Below are positions 19,213 through 30,067 of a stretch of 64,000 nt of DNA, one piece after another. A program made the translations under genes and the position numbers. The DNA is from an uncultured bacterium (GTDB taxonomy: Bacteria > Krumholzibacteriota > Krumholzibacteriia > LZORAL124-64-63). Each line of letters opens with the position of its first letter. Position 1 is the first letter of the stretch. Under the pieces are notes generated by a model that saw nothing but the letters and a program-made list of their open reading frames with translations, was not told the origin of the DNA and did not search any database. The stretch covers positions 160,001 through 224,000 of the forward strand of contig CAVSGO010000003.1 in assembly GCA_963727525.1 (NCBI GenBank). Direction: 5' to 3'.

Positions 19213-20587
19213 GGATGGCTCCGAAGCCCGGCATGTTGTAGCCGCCGTTCATGATGCGGATGACCATCTGTTCCCGACCCAGTCGCGTTCCGACATGGGT
19301 CAGTTCGGGACCGCGGTGGCCTCCGTAGCCGCCGACATCGTGGCAGTAAATACACGCGCGATCATGGAAAAGGGCCGCGCCGCGTGTGATTTCCGGATCG
19401 TCCGAGGCGATGACGCCGGCCGGAAGCGGCTGGGCACCGAAGTCGGGTGACCAGTGAGCCTTTACACCGGAGATGGTCAAGGCGCCGATGATCGTCACAC
19501 ATGCTGCTACCACCACCACAGCCCACGGCCGCCGGCGCGGCGACCGCTCGCCATGTGGCCAGACGAGCGGGAGCGCGACGAGCGCGGCAAAGACCAGCAG
19601 GGGACCGAGGATGATGACGTAATCCTCGAGACCATGCGGCATCAATGCCAGGAGCGCGAAGTAGAACAGGAAATACCAGTCGGGGCGGGGGTGGGCCACG
19701 ACGGCACTGGGGTCAGGGGCGCGATCAAGTGCCGGCGGTCCCCAGATCCACGCAAGCGCGACGACAGCGATCACGACGAGGGCGGCGACCAGCATATCCC
19801 GCCATGCGGCGTGGGGCCAGAACCGGACCCCGGCAGTCGCGACCTTCTCCTCGTATTGCTGCCTGTAGGTCACGGGATCGACGGGTTCGCCGGCGCGGGG
19901 CATCTCCGAGACGCCGTGGCGCAGCACGAGATAGACGTGCAGGCCGATCATAGCGATGATCAGGCCGGGGATCGCGAAGACGTGCAGGGCGAAGAATCGG
20001 GTCAGGGTTGCGGCGCCCAGTGTCGGGCCACCCATGATCACGCGTGCGATGGCGTCGCCCACGAATGGCGTGCGTCCGGCCTGCTCGGCGCCCACGACGA
20101 CGGACCATACGGCATTCTGATCCCACCGCAGGAGCTGACCGGTGAACCCCATGCCCAGAGTCAGGGCGAAGAGGAGCACCCCACTCAACCAGTTCAACTC
20201 GCGGGGAAACTTGTACGCGCCGGTGAGGAACACCCGGATCATATGCAGCCCCACGAGCAGGATCATCGCCGAAGCCCCGAAGAAGTGCATGCCCCGCAGC
20301 AAACGCCCGAGAGTGTCGGCCTGGCTCAGCGTTTGCAATGTTTCGTAAGCAGCGCGCGTGCTTGGCACGTAGAGTGAGGCAAGGGCGGCGCCGGTCACGA
20401 GCTGCAGCAGGAACGCCACGGCCGTGGCGCTGCCGAACACGTAGAGCCAGCCGGCATCGGCGGGTACGGGGTGTTCGAGCATCGGGCGCACGCTAGCAAT
20501 GAGTCCTGTACGATCCTCGAACCAGCGGCCGATGACGCGGATGACGTGCAATCCCGACCCCCCTGCGCGCGCCGACGGCGCGCTCAT
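19160..20587 (-). CDS. qcrB: Cytochrome b (bc complex) with fused C-terminal monoheme cytochrome c
   Basis: RGMHFFGAS...LH, FFALHVF...LH, RPDWYFLF, and C-terminal CIYCH...MPGF. Confidence 0.9.
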   Translation of the reverse strand: MSAPSARAGGSGLHVIRVIGRWFEDRTGLIASVRPMLEHPVPADAGWLYVFGSATAVAFLLQLVTGAALASLYVPSTRAAYETLQTLSQADTLGRLLRGMHFFGASAMILLVGLHMIRVFLTGAYKFPRELNWLSGVLLFALTLGMGFTGQLLRWDQNAVWSVVVGAEQAGRTPFVGDAIARVIMGGPTLGAATLTRFFALHVFAIPGLIIAMIGLHVYLVLRHGVSEMPRAGEPVDPVTYRQQYEEKVATAGVRFWPHAAWRDMLVAALVVIAVVALAWIWGPPALDRAPDPSAVVAHPRPDWYFLFYFALLALMPHGLEDYVIILGPLLVFAALVALPLVWPHGERSPRRRPWAVVVVAACVTIIGALTISGVKAHWSPDFGAQPLPAGVIASDDPEITRGAALFHDRACIYCHDVGGYGGHRGPELTHVGTRLGREQMVIRIMNGGYNMPGFGAILKPDETDALVAFLTSRR

Positions 20588-21093
20588 GTGATGGGTAAGG
20601 GTGTGGTGCGGATCTCCACAATGCCGTTGCTCACCCGGACCGGATAGCGGCGCAACGGTTGTGGCGGCGGGCCGGCCGCCACGCGACCGTCCTCGTAGTA
20701 GATTCCGCCGTGACAGGGACACATGAAGAGCTTGGCGCCCGGTTCCCAGCGTACCGGGCAGCCCAGGTGCGTGCAATCGAGCGAGAAGGCCACGAAGCTC
20801 CCCGGTCCGACCCTCCGCAGCCAGGCTCCCGTCCGACCGGTGGGCCCCGCCCAGGGGCGGGCGTCGGCATCCTCGAACTCGACCCTCACGGTCGCGTCTT
20901 CATGAAAGGAGTCCACGGCGCCCACCTTGCGCCACGCCTGGGAGCGTCGGCGAAACACGGGTGCCAGGACGAAGCCGATCACGGGGACGGCTACGAGGAG
21001 CGCGCTCACCGCGCCGAGCGCGATGGCCAGTTGCGTCAGGAAGTGTCGACGTTCCGGCGATGGCGCCGACGGTCGATCAGGCGAGGGGTTCAT
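20584..21093 (-). CDS. qcrA: Rieske [2Fe-2S] subunit, Tat-exported
   Basis: ERRHFL Tat motif; CTHLGC and CPCHGG. Confidence 0.92.
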   Translation of the reverse strand: MNPSPDRPSAPSPERRHFLTQLAIALGAVSALLVAVPVIGFVLAPVFRRRSQAWRKVGAVDSFHEDATVRVEFEDADARPWAGPTGRTGAWLRRVGPGSFVAFSLDCTHLGCPVRWEPGAKLFMCPCHGGIYYEDGRVAAGPPPQPLRRYPVRVSNGIVEIRTTPLPIT

Positions 21094-21307
21094 CGTGCAG
21101 ATCTCCGATCCAGCCCGCGGCCGCGAGCACGATTCCCAGGACACCGGCGACGATGATCCAGGGCGACGTCAGGATACCCCAGAGCGCAAAGCAGATGGCT
21201 ACAGCCATGACTGCGGGCCAGAACGTCGGCTCGGGCATCCGGTGCTGCAGGGTGGGCGGTGGCTGCGCGCTGCCGTCACGATTCATACCCTCGACCCTCC
21301 GGTTCAC
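21077..21307 (-). CDS. Small two-TM protein, probably a cytochrome c oxidase accessory subunit
   Basis: GTGA overlap with the upstream stop; PEPTFWP followed by two TM helices. Confidence 0.6.
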   Translation of the reverse strand: MNRRVEGMNRDGSAQPPPTLQHRMPEPTFWPAVMAVAICFALWGILTSPWIIVAGVLGIVLAAAGWIGDLHDEPLA

Positions 21308-22101
21308 GTCATCTCGGGGCGATCGGATTCCCGGTACCAGCGACCGTATACTGCCAGCACGGCCCAGAGGAAGAAGAAACCGCCCACGACCCACATCAGG
21401 AGCCCGCCAAGTTGCTGATCGGCAGTGGGATCCAGGGCCCAGTGATCGCGAATGAAGGCGAGCACTGCCGAGTCTCCTGTCGGTCGCAAGTACATCGGGT
21501 AGAGGCCGGGGGCGGAAAAGGTCAGCAGCGCACCGAGAACGGAGTTCGCGACCGCCGCCAGGAACAGGTAGACGATGGCCATCGCTCCCCGGAGCTGGCA
21601 CTCCGGCAGCGGGGAGAGGATCGGCCACCAGTAGATCGTCGCGGTGACGAGAAAGCTCAGGTGCTGCAATGCGTGAATCCGCTCGTCGGCGAGCGCGGCG
21701 TTGTAGAGTGCGGGAGCATGCCACGCATAGAGCGTGACGACGGCGATCAGCCAGGCCAGAACCGGCCGCCGGAGCGTGCGCTCCACGGCACCCACAATGC
21801 GCAGGGCGAGCAGGCGTCGCGTCCAGGCCTCCGGGAGTCCCATAAGCAGCAACGGAGGCACGGCGACCAGGAGTAGTAGATGCTCCAGCATATGCGCGCT
21901 GAAGAGAAACTCGTCGCCCAGGTAGTCCAGGGGACCCACGAGCACGAGCAACATCAACACATCGCCGCCGACGAACGCCAGGACGCGTCGCACCTGCAGT
22001 GGTCGTACGCCGAGCAGATAAACCGCCAGCAACACGACGCAGCCGGCCACGATGCTCGGCTCCCAGTCCCAGGCTTGCCGCAGGAGGAGACCCGTCGTCA
22101 T
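21304..22101 (-). CDS. ctaG: caa3-type oxidase assembly factor CtaG
   Basis: LFSAHMLEHLLL...PPLL, WHAPALY, DQQLGGLLMWV; ATGA overlap. Confidence 0.85.
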   Translation of the reverse strand: MTTGLLLRQAWDWEPSIVAGCVVLLAVYLLGVRPLQVRRVLAFVGGDVLMLLVLVGPLDYLGDEFLFSAHMLEHLLLLVAVPPLLLMGLPEAWTRRLLALRIVGAVERTLRRPVLAWLIAVVTLYAWHAPALYNAALADERIHALQHLSFLVTATIYWWPILSPLPECQLRGAMAIVYLFLAAVANSVLGALLTFSAPGLYPMYLRPTGDSAVLAFIRDHWALDPTADQQLGGLLMWVVGGFFFLWAVLAVYGRWYRESDRPEMT

Positions 22102-22652
22102 AGCACATTCCACAGGTAGACGATCCCGAAGATCACGACCCACACGACATCGACGAAATGCCAGTAGATCGATACGGCTTCCACGGCGCCCGGGCGGACG
22201 CGCTCCCATCCTCTGGTGGCCAGTCCTAGCAGGGTGGCGATCATCACCAGTCCCAGGGCTACGTGCATGCCATGGAAGCCGGTGAGGGTGAAGAACGTCG
22301 AACCGAAGAGGTTGCGGCTGATCGTGACGTCTTCGCGCAGAAGCTGTGCGTACTCGAGACACTGTCCCACGAGAAACGCGAGTCCGAGCGCCAGGGTCGC
22401 GGCGAGCCCGACCACGAAGCGACCACGAGCACCGCGGCGAGCGCCGCGCCCCGCGACGGCCATGGTCGCGCTGCTGGCCAGCAAGGCTACCGAGTAGAGT
22501 CCGGTGCGCCCCACGTTCAGGGTGCTGGCGGCGGTGGGACCGGAGCCGCGACCGCGGTGATATACCACGTAGGCCAGGACGAGCAGCAGGAAGAACACGC
22601 CCTCCGAGGCGATGAAGAACAGCATGCCGAGTCGACTGCGGGTTCCGCTCAC
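22098..22652 (-). CDS. coxC: Heme-copper oxidase subunit III
   Basis: GMLFFIASE, FFTLTGFHGMHV, YWHFVDVVW; GTGA overlap. Confidence 0.9.
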   Translation of the reverse strand: MSGTRSRLGMLFFIASEGVFFLLLVLAYVVYHRGRGSGPTAASTLNVGRTGLYSVALLASSATMAVAGRGARRGARGRFVVGLAATLALGLAFLVGQCLEYAQLLREDVTISRNLFGSTFFTLTGFHGMHVALGLVMIATLLGLATRGWERVRPGAVEAVSIYWHFVDVVWVVIFGIVYLWNVL

Positions 22653-24325
22653 GAGGCGACCTCCGCCCCGCCCTCGCGACGCCAGTCCGGATCGTCGGGA
22701 TGCGCGACGTCCCACAGCGGCCGACGGCTGCGCACGGGAGGCACGCCGTCGAAATTCCACGGCGGCGGGGGAGAGCTGGTTGCCCATTCGAGCGTCCAGC
22801 CACCCCACGGATTCGGGCCGGCGTCGCGTCCGCGCGCCAGGCCATGAACCAGGATCACGAGGAAGAAGAGGATCGATCCGACGAGGACATACGCGCCCAG
22901 TGTCGAGACGAGATTGAGCGCGGCATAGTGCGGAAACGGAGGATACGTGAATACGCGACGTGGCAGTCCGAGAACTCCCAGCACGTGGAGGACGAAGAAC
23001 GTGGTGTTGAAGCCGACCACCGTCAGCCAGAAGTGGATCTTGCCCAGACGTTCGCAGAGGAGCCGACCGGTCATCTTGGGAAACCAGTAATAGAAACCGG
23101 CAAAGAGCGCGAACATCGTTCCACCGAGAAGCACATAGTGTAAATGGGCGACGACGAAGTAGCTATCGGTGAGCTGCCAGTCCACGGGGACCGCCGCGAA
23201 GGCCACTCCGCTGAGTCCGCCAATGGTGAACTGAATGAGGAATGCGGTGGCGAAGAGCATGCTCGTGGTGAACCGGATCGAGCCGCCCCACATGGTGGCG
23301 ATCCAGTTGAAGATCTTGATCCCGGTGGGGATGGCGATGAGCATGCTGGCGCCGGCGAAGATGTAGTAGACCGGAAATCCCAGCCCCGTGGCGAACATGT
23401 GGTGGACCCACACGCCGAAGCTGAGAAACGCGATGGCGAGTGTCGACGCGGCCAGAAAGCCGTAGCCGTAGATCACCTTGCGCGAAAAGACGGGGATCAC
23501 CTCGCTGATGATACCGAAACCCGGCAGGATCAGGATGTAGACCTCGGGATGTCCGAACATCCAGAAGTAATGCTGCCAGAGCAGTGCCGATCCGCCACCA
23601 CGTGGCTGGAAGAAAAGGGCGTTGAGTTGCCGGTCGGCGATGAGCATCACCAGCGCCGCGTTCAGCGCGGGCAGGGCGAGGATGATGAGGATGGCGTTGA
23701 TCAGCACCATCCACACGAAGAGCGGCAGCCTGCGTATGCTCATTCCCGGCGCACGCAGCGTGATGATCGTGACGGCCAGGTTGATCCCGCCGGCCACGGA
23801 GCTGGCGCCGTTGACGAGCAGCGCCAGCGCCCAGTAGTCCTGCCCCTGGTTGAATGCGTAGGCCTTTTCGGTGAGCGGGGCGTAGGCGAACCATCCGGCG
23901 GCCGGCGAGCTGCCGGTGAAGAAGCTGAAATAGAGCATCAGACCACTGCCCACGTACAACCAGTAGCTCAGGGCATTGAGGCGTGGAAACGCCATGTCAC
24001 GGGTTCCGATCATCAGCGGCACGAAGTACGTCGCGAAGCCGATGAGCATCGGCATGGCCACGAGGAAGATCATCGTCGTACCATGCATGGTGAACAGCTC
24101 GTTGTACGTGGTCGGCGACAGGAGGTGATTGTCCGGCCGGATGAGCTGCGTCCGCATCGCCGCGCCGAACAGGGCACCGACCGCGAGGAACACGAGGCTG
24201 GTGGCGATGTACATGAGGCCGATCTGCTTGTGGTCGACGGAACTGACCCAGCTGAAGATCCCCCGGTACTCCGGAATGTCGGCAAGCCTGCGCGCACCGG
24301 TTCCCGTGGGCGTGCCTGCGCTCAT
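22649..24325 (-). CDS. coxA: Cytochrome c oxidase subunit I (A1 type)
   Basis: DHKQIG, TMHGTTM, GHPEVY, WVHHMF, VAHLHY; ATG overlaps the coxB stop. Confidence 0.95.
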   Translation of the reverse strand: MSAGTPTGTGARRLADIPEYRGIFSWVSSVDHKQIGLMYIATSLVFLAVGALFGAAMRTQLIRPDNHLLSPTTYNELFTMHGTTMIFLVAMPMLIGFATYFVPLMIGTRDMAFPRLNALSYWLYVGSGLMLYFSFFTGSSPAAGWFAYAPLTEKAYAFNQGQDYWALALLVNGASSVAGGINLAVTIITLRAPGMSIRRLPLFVWMVLINAILIILALPALNAALVMLIADRQLNALFFQPRGGGSALLWQHYFWMFGHPEVYILILPGFGIISEVIPVFSRKVIYGYGFLAASTLAIAFLSFGVWVHHMFATGLGFPVYYIFAGASMLIAIPTGIKIFNWIATMWGGSIRFTTSMLFATAFLIQFTIGGLSGVAFAAVPVDWQLTDSYFVVAHLHYVLLGGTMFALFAGFYYWFPKMTGRLLCERLGKIHFWLTVVGFNTTFFVLHVLGVLGLPRRVFTYPPFPHYAALNLVSTLGAYVLVGSILFFLVILVHGLARGRDAGPNPWGGWTLEWATSSPPPPWNFDGVPPVRSRRPLWDVAHPDDPDWRREGGAEVAS

Positions 24326-25251
24326 TGCAGTTCCTCCAGATACGCCGCGATGTCCGCGGCCTCGTCGACCGTCAGACCCTCGTCGGGCATGTTGCAGTCG
24401 GGCTTGATCTTCTGCGGATCCTGGATCCAGTGCGCGAGGTTCGCGGCGTTGTTCTCGAGCACCCCCGCAGCCAGTGTCTGCCGGGTCGCCACGTGGGTGA
24501 GATCGGGGCCGATGCGCGGGGAGGAGATCCCGCGGACAGCGTGGCAGTTCACGCACGTCCGGGTGCGAAAGAGCTCGGCGCCCCTGTGGCCGGCTGCGCT
24601 GGTTGGCTCCGCCGGCGCGCGCAGCTGCGCCTGGGTCCAGACGTCGTATTGCTGCGGTGTCTCGCCCTGCACGAGGATGCGCATCCAGGCATGCTCGGCG
24701 CCGCAAAACTCGTCGCACGTCCCGCGATAGTTCCCGGGCTCGTCGATGGTCATCCAGAGATACGTGATCCGGTTCGGGAAGACGTCGACCTTGCGTCCGA
24801 GTCGGGGCACCCACCAGTCATGGACGACGTCGCCCGAACGGAAGCGCAGCAGGAGCTTGCGGCCGATCGGCAGGTGGAATTCGTTGGCGACGCGGACGCC
24901 CGTCGCAGGATAGTTGCCTTCCCACCACCACTGATGCGCAGTGACCACGAGGTCCGGCTGACGGTCGCGCACCGGCGGATCGACAGCATGCATGACCCGG
25001 ACGGTCAGCACGAAGAGGCCGACGAGGATGAGGAATGGCAGCACGGTCCAGACCAGCTCGAGCCGCGGATTCCCCTCATCCTGCACCGGCATCGCACCGC
25101 CATCGCGCCTCCGGAAACGGACCACGATCGTGATCACGAGCCCCGTGACGATCAGGAAGATCACGCCGGCCACGAGGAGCACGATCCGGAATAGGCCGAG
25201 GACGTCCTGGGCCTCCGGCGAGCCGGGGTCGATGATCGACGGCGTGGTCAA
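24322..25251 (-). CDS. coxB: Cytochrome c oxidase subunit II with fused cytochrome c (caa3)
   Basis: HQWWW, DVVH, CuA motif CDEFCGAEHAWM, and CVNCH. TTG start with SD gaggga. Confidence 0.92.
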   Translation of the reverse strand: MTTPSIIDPGSPEAQDVLGLFRIVLLVAGVIFLIVTGLVITIVVRFRRRDGGAMPVQDEGNPRLELVWTVLPFLILVGLFVLTVRVMHAVDPPVRDRQPDLVVTAHQWWWEGNYPATGVRVANEFHLPIGRKLLLRFRSGDVVHDWWVPRLGRKVDVFPNRITYLWMTIDEPGNYRGTCDEFCGAEHAWMRILVQGETPQQYDVWTQAQLRAPAEPTSAAGHRGAELFRTRTCVNCHAVRGISSPRIGPDLTHVATRQTLAAGVLENNAANLAHWIQDPQKIKPDCNMPDEGLTVDEAADIAAYLEELQ

Positions 25252-25367
25252 GGGAACGCGCTCCCTCTGTGGTCCATGTGTGATATTGTATGTTCAATTC
25301 ATGTTAAATACAGGATTTCAGTTTGCCAACCGGGAATAAAGCGGCTCGCCACCGCCGCGACACGGAC

Positions 25368-28300
25368 CTAGCCGGAACGCCGTTGCGTCGGCAGGTTTGT
25401 CGCCCGCCCATTCAACGCGTGGTGCGCCTGCAGTCCGCGCACCTTCAGTTCCCAGCCACGCAGCGCCTTGATGCCCGACACCGCGGCCTGCGCGGCCGAG
25501 GTGGTGGTGAGTAACGGCACGCGATGGCGGACAGCGGCGGCGTACATGGCCGACTGGTCGACGTGGGCCTGCTGGCCCAGCGGGGTGTTGATGATGAGGT
25601 CGACGGTGTGGTCCTCGATGAGTTGCACCGTGGTGAGCCCGGGTTGCCCGGCCTTGGCCGCGCGCGTGACGGGCAGGCCCACGCGCTCGAGCGCCATGGC
25701 CGTGCCCTCGGTGGCGTAGAGCTGGAAGCCCATGCGGTGCAGGTCGCGCGCCATCTTGAGGGCGGCCGACTTGTCGTAGTCGTTCACCGTGATCAGCACG
25801 GCGCCCTGCTTGGGCAGCTTCACGCCGGCGGCGAGCTGGGCCTTGGCCAGCGCGTGGCCGAAGCGCGAGGCGTGGCCCATCACCTCGCCGGTGGAGCGCA
25901 TCTCGGGACTCAAGCGCACATCGGCGCCGGGCAGCTTGTCGAACGGCAGCACCACAGCCTTCACGAAGAAGCCGTCAATGGGCGGCGTCTCGACGAATCC
26001 CAGCTCCTGCAGCGTCTTGCCGGCCTGCACCTGCGCCGCGAGCCGCGCCACGGGCACGCCGGTAGCCTTGCTCACGAAGGGAACGGTGCGGCTGGCGCGG
26101 GGATTCACCTCGATCACGAAGACGACGTCGTCCTTGATCGCGTACTGCACGTTCATCAGACCGCGCACGCCGAGGGCGCGGCCGAGGCGCTCGGTGTAAT
26201 CGCGCATGATGCTCAGGTGGTACTGCGAGATCTTGTACGGCGGCAGCACGCAAGCGCTGTCGCCGGAGTGGATACCTGCTTCCTCGATGTGCTGCATCAC
26301 GCCCGCAACGGTGACGTGCGTGCCGTCGCCGACGGCGTCGACGTCGATCTCGTACGCGTCCTCGAGGAACTGGTCGATGAGCACCGGCTGTCCCTCGGCC
26401 ACCCGCGCGGCGCGCTCGAGATAGGTGGCGAGTTGCGTCTCGTCGTAGGCGATGGCCATGGCGCGCCCGCCCAGCACGAATGACGGCCGCACGAGCACCG
26501 GGAAGCCGATGCGCGCGGCGATCTCGCGGGCCTCGGCGAGCGTGGCGGCCATGCCCCACTGCGGGTGGTCGATGTCCAGCTCGCGCAGCAGGGCGCCGAA
26601 GCGGCCGCGGTCCTCGGCCAGGGCGATGGCGTCGGGCGGCGTGCCCCAGACCGGCACGCCCGCGGCGGCGAGGCCCTCGGTGAGGTTGATCGGTGTCTGC
26701 CCGCCGAACTGCACGATCACGCCCTCGGGCTGCTCGAGGTCGACGATGTTGAGCACATCCTCGAGGGTGAGCGGCTCGAAGTAGAGGCGGTCGGCGGTGT
26801 CATAGTCGGTGGAGACGGTCTCGGGATTGCAGTTCACCATGATCGTCTCGAAGCCGAGGTCGGACAGCGCCCAGCACGCCTGCACGCAGCAGTAGTCGAA
26901 CTCGATACCCTGGCCGATACGGTTCGGTCCACCCCCGAGGATCATCACCTTGCGGCGTTCCGAGGGCTGGGCCTCGCAGTCGGGCTCGTAGCAGGAGTAG
27001 AGGTACGGGGTGTGTGCCGCGAACTCGGCGGCACAGGTGTCGACGCGATAGTAGGAGGGCGTGACACCGGCTGCGATGCGCGCCCGCCGGACCTCGAGCT
27101 CGCTCTCCCCTCGCCCGCGGGCGATCACGCGATCGCTGAAGCCGAGGCGTTTGGCGGCCAGAAGGCGCTCCGGCGTCAGCTCGGGCGCGGTGCGTAGCGC
27201 GTCCTCGCCGTCGAGGATGCGCACGAGCTGGGCGACGAACCAGGGGTCGTAACCCGCATCGCGCGCGGCGGCCTCGCCGGCGGCGCGGTCGGCGCCCAGC
27301 AATGCGGCCAGGTGAAAGAGTCGCCCGGCCGTGGGCTTGTGGGCCATTCCCGTTTCGGGCGCGTACCGCGCGGCCAGGTCGCGCGTGAATCCGTCGAGCC
27401 CGATCTCCAGCCCGCGAATGGCCTTGTTGAGCGCCTCGGGAAAGGTGCGACCGATGGCCATGACCTCGCCCACGCTCTTCATCTGCGGGCCGAGCGACGC
27501 ATCCACGCCCGGGAACTTCTCGAAGTTCCAGCGCGGCATCTTCACCACGCAGTAGTCGAGGCTCGGCTCGAAGCTGGCAGGCGTCTCGCGGGTGATGTCG
27601 TTGCGGATCTCGTCGAGCGTGTAGCCCACGGCCACGAGCGCCGCGAGCTTGGCGATGGGGAACCCCGTGGCCTTGCTCGCCAGGGCCGACGAGCGCGACA
27701 CGCGCGGGTTCATCTCGATGATCATGACCTCGCCCGTGCGTGGATCCACGGCGAACTGCACGTTGCTGCCGCCCGTCTGCACGCCGACCACCTGCATGAC
27801 GCGCTTGGCCAGATCGCGCAGGTGCTGCAGCTCGCGATCGGTGAGCGTCTGTGCTGGCGCCACGGTGATGCTGTCGCCGGTGTGCACGCCCATGGGATCG
27901 ACGTTCTCGATCGTGCAGACGACGACGAAGTTGTCGGCGCCGTCGCGCATCACCTCCAGCTCATATTCCTTCCAGCCCAGCAGCGACTTCTCGATGAGCA
28001 CCTCGGTCACCGGACTCTGCCGCAGACCGTGTGCCACCACGCGCTCCAGGTCGGCGGGCGTCTCGATGATCCCGCCGCCTGCACCGCCCAGCGTGCGCGA
28101 CGCGCGCACCAGCGCCGGGTAACCGATCGCGTCGATCGCCGCGCGCGCCTCGTCCACCGTGTGTACGAACGCGCTCGGCGGCACAGGCAGCCCGGCGTCG
28201 ATCATCGCGGCCTTGAATCGCGACCGGTCCTCGGCGATGCGGATGGCCTCGAGGTCGGCCCCGATCATCGCCACCCCGTGCTGCGCCAGCACCCCCGACT

Positions 28301-28610
28301 CGGCGAGTTGCACCGCGAGATTCAACCCCGTCTGGCCGCCCACGGTGGGCAGCAGGGCGTCGGGTTTCTCGGCCTCGATGATCCGCGTCACCAGGCCATC
28401 GGTGAGCGGCTCGACGTAGGTGGCGTCGGCCAGGTCCGGATCGGTCATGATGGTGGCCGGATTCGAGTTCACCAGCACGACGCGGTAGCCCTCGCGCCGC
28501 AGCGCCTTGCAGGCCTGCACGCCGGAGTAATCGAACTCGCACCCCTGCCCGATGGTGATCGGCCCCGAGCCGAGGATGAGGATGGTGCGCAGATCGTCAC
28601 GCCGCGGCAT
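25368..28610 (-). CDS. carB: Carbamoyl-phosphate synthase large subunit
   Basis: MPRRDDL...[17 protein letters not shown], two ATP-grasp halves ([19 protein letters not shown]), and an MGS domain. Confidence 0.97.
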   Translation of the reverse strand: MPRRDDLRTILILGSGPITIGQGCEFDYSGVQACKALRREGYRVVLVNSNPATIMTDPDLADATYVEPLTDGLVTRIIEAEKPDALLPTVGGQTGLNLAVQLAESGVLAQHGVAMIGADLEAIRIAEDRSRFKAAMIDAGLPVPPSAFVHTVDEARAAIDAIGYPALVRASRTLGGAGGGIIETPADLERVVAHGLRQSPVTEVLIEKSLLGWKEYELEVMRDGADNFVVVCTIENVDPMGVHTGDSITVAPAQTLTDRELQHLRDLAKRVMQVVGVQTGGSNVQFAVDPRTGEVMIIEMNPRVSRSSALASKATGFPIAKLAALVAVGYTLDEIRNDITRETPASFEPSLDYCVVKMPRWNFEKFPGVDASLGPQMKSVGEVMAIGRTFPEALNKAIRGLEIGLDGFTRDLAARYAPETGMAHKPTAGRLFHLAALLGADRAAGEAAARDAGYDPWFVAQLVRILDGEDALRTAPELTPERLLAAKRLGFSDRVIARGRGESELEVRRARIAAGVTPSYYRVDTCAAEFAAHTPYLYSCYEPDCEAQPSERRKVMILGGGPNRIGQGIEFDYCCVQACWALSDLGFETIMVNCNPETVSTDYDTADRLYFEPLTLEDVLNIVDLEQPEGVIVQFGGQTPINLTEGLAAAGVPVWGTPPDAIALAEDRGRFGALLRELDIDHPQWGMAATLAEAREIAARIGFPVLVRPSFVLGGRAMAIAYDETQLATYLERAARVAEGQPVLIDQFLEDAYEIDVDAVGDGTHVTVAGVMQHIEEAGIHSGDSACVLPPYKISQYHLSIMRDYTERLGRALGVRGLMNVQYAIKDDVVFVIEVNPRASRTVPFVSKATGVPVARLAAQVQAGKTLQELGFVETPPIDGFFVKAVVLPFDKLPGADVRLSPEMRSTGEVMGHASRFGHALAKAQLAAGVKLPKQGAVLITVNDYDKSAALKMARDLHRMGFQLYATEGTAMALERVGLPVTRAAKAGQPGLTTVQLIEDHTVDLIINTPLGQQAHVDQSAMYAAAVRHRVPLLTTTSAAQAAVSGIKALRGWELKVRGLQAHHALNGRATNLPTQRRSG

Positions 28611-28681
28611 GGGTGATCTCCCGGTAGCGTGGACCACGCCCGGGGGCGAATGACGCAAGTATTATATTTTGCATGGACTTG

Positions 28682-28745
28682 AACCTGATTTCGGGCCCGA
28701 GGGAGTGGCCGCGGATCGGCCGCCCGAAGGGCGATATATAGCGCA
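28682..28745 (-). promoter_or_regulatory. Structured leader/promoter element upstream of carB (copy B)
   Basis: 59/64 identical to 34455-34518. Contains GCTATATAT and the nested stems TTCGGGC/GCCCGAA and GGCCG/CGGCC. Confidence 0.7.
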
Positions 28746-28843
28746 TAGGTCGGCGATTATCCAGAGCGTTGTCGTCGCGTGGTCTCGCTCATCGCGCGGA
28801 TTCGTGCATATCGGGACCACGCGCTGGCGGCGCCGCCGGCGAA

Positions 28844-29892
28844 TCACGCGCCGCCATCGCGACGCCGCTGCGGTTCTGCGGTAGGACCGAGGTCTTCCTC
28901 GGCCCCGTGACCGTGTTGACCAGGCCACCACCCCGGCCGTCCGCGCCGGTGCCACAGTCGGTGGCAGGCGCTGCAGAGGGTGATGAGGTTGGCGGGATCG
29001 TTGGTGCCGCCGCGCTCGCGAGGAACGACGTGATGGATCGCGAGGAAGCGGGTGTGCTGACCGCCGGGGGTCCTGCAGCGGTGGCGGTCGCGCGCGAGGA
29101 CCTCGCGGCGGACGCGGGGCGGGATGGTGGTGGTGTTCCTCTCGCCGGGGACCGCGATGGCGGCATCGCATAGCAGGCGCTCGGCGTCCGTGCGCCCGAC
29201 GGGCCGACCACCCGCCTCCACAGCCCCGCACTCGGGGCAGAGGTGGACGTGGATTTGCACTGGTGGGCGCGCCCCCCGGGGGGCGAGTGATTCGCAAGTT
29301 GTTGCAATATTATCACTTGTGTTGTTGTCTGGCTGCCTCCCGCCAGCCAGTGATGCCAGCGCCTCGAGAAGATCCTCGGCGTTGGGCACCGTGCCGAGCC
29401 TTAGCCACAGCTTGTCGTACCGGGCCCTCTGCTCGGCCGTCATACGCATGGAGACCTGCGAGGGGACCTCGGCGGCGAGATCGGCATGTCGCGCGACGTT
29501 CGGCGGCTGATCGTCGGCACGACTGTCGGCACTGTCCAGGAGACTCCCCTGCGCCGCCCGACGGTTCCTCCGCGCCGCCGCCTCGAACCTGGCCTGGGCC
29601 ACCTTGCGATCCAGCTCGCGGCGAGACGACTGCTCGGCCTCGGCGAGCCAGGCGTCCTCGTTGCGTGGCTCGCCACCTTCACCAGCTCGCGCGCCTTGGT
29701 GTAGCCGAGGTCACCGCGAGCGACCGACTCGCGGATTTGCGGCAGTTCCTCGAGCCGCTCGGCGAGGCGCAGGAGGTCGCCCGCGGCGGCCTGCAACCGA
29801 CGATGCACGGTCTCGGCCGGCTGATTGGTCTCGAAAACGGGGTTGTACGGCGGTTCGATGGAGGGACGGTCCGACACGCGGATCATCGGCAT
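28844..29892 (-). pseudogene. Degraded HNH endonuclease-domain protein (DUF222-like)
   Basis: N-terminal fragment LRLAERLEELP...LGYTKARELVKVA, a frameshift near 29665, then VLARDRHRC...IHHVVPRERGGTNDPANLITLCSACH. Confidence 0.75.
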
Positions 29893-30067
29893 GACCTCCC
29901 GGTAGAGGGCGGCCCACGGTGTCCCTGGGCTGCGATGTCAGGTCACAAGAGGCTTCTCATGTCAGATCCGCCTGCAGGCGAAGTGGGCACATCATGGACT
30001 CGGGGTGCGGCGGGCGACGTCGCTGCTCAGATCCACCATGTCGCCACCGAGAACCGGTGCTCCCGGT

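Noticed and set aside
28650-28674. ArgR ARG box before carB
   Set aside because: AT-rich dyad, but the spacing does not fit TGMAT-W4-ATKCA; kept only as an unassigned dyad.
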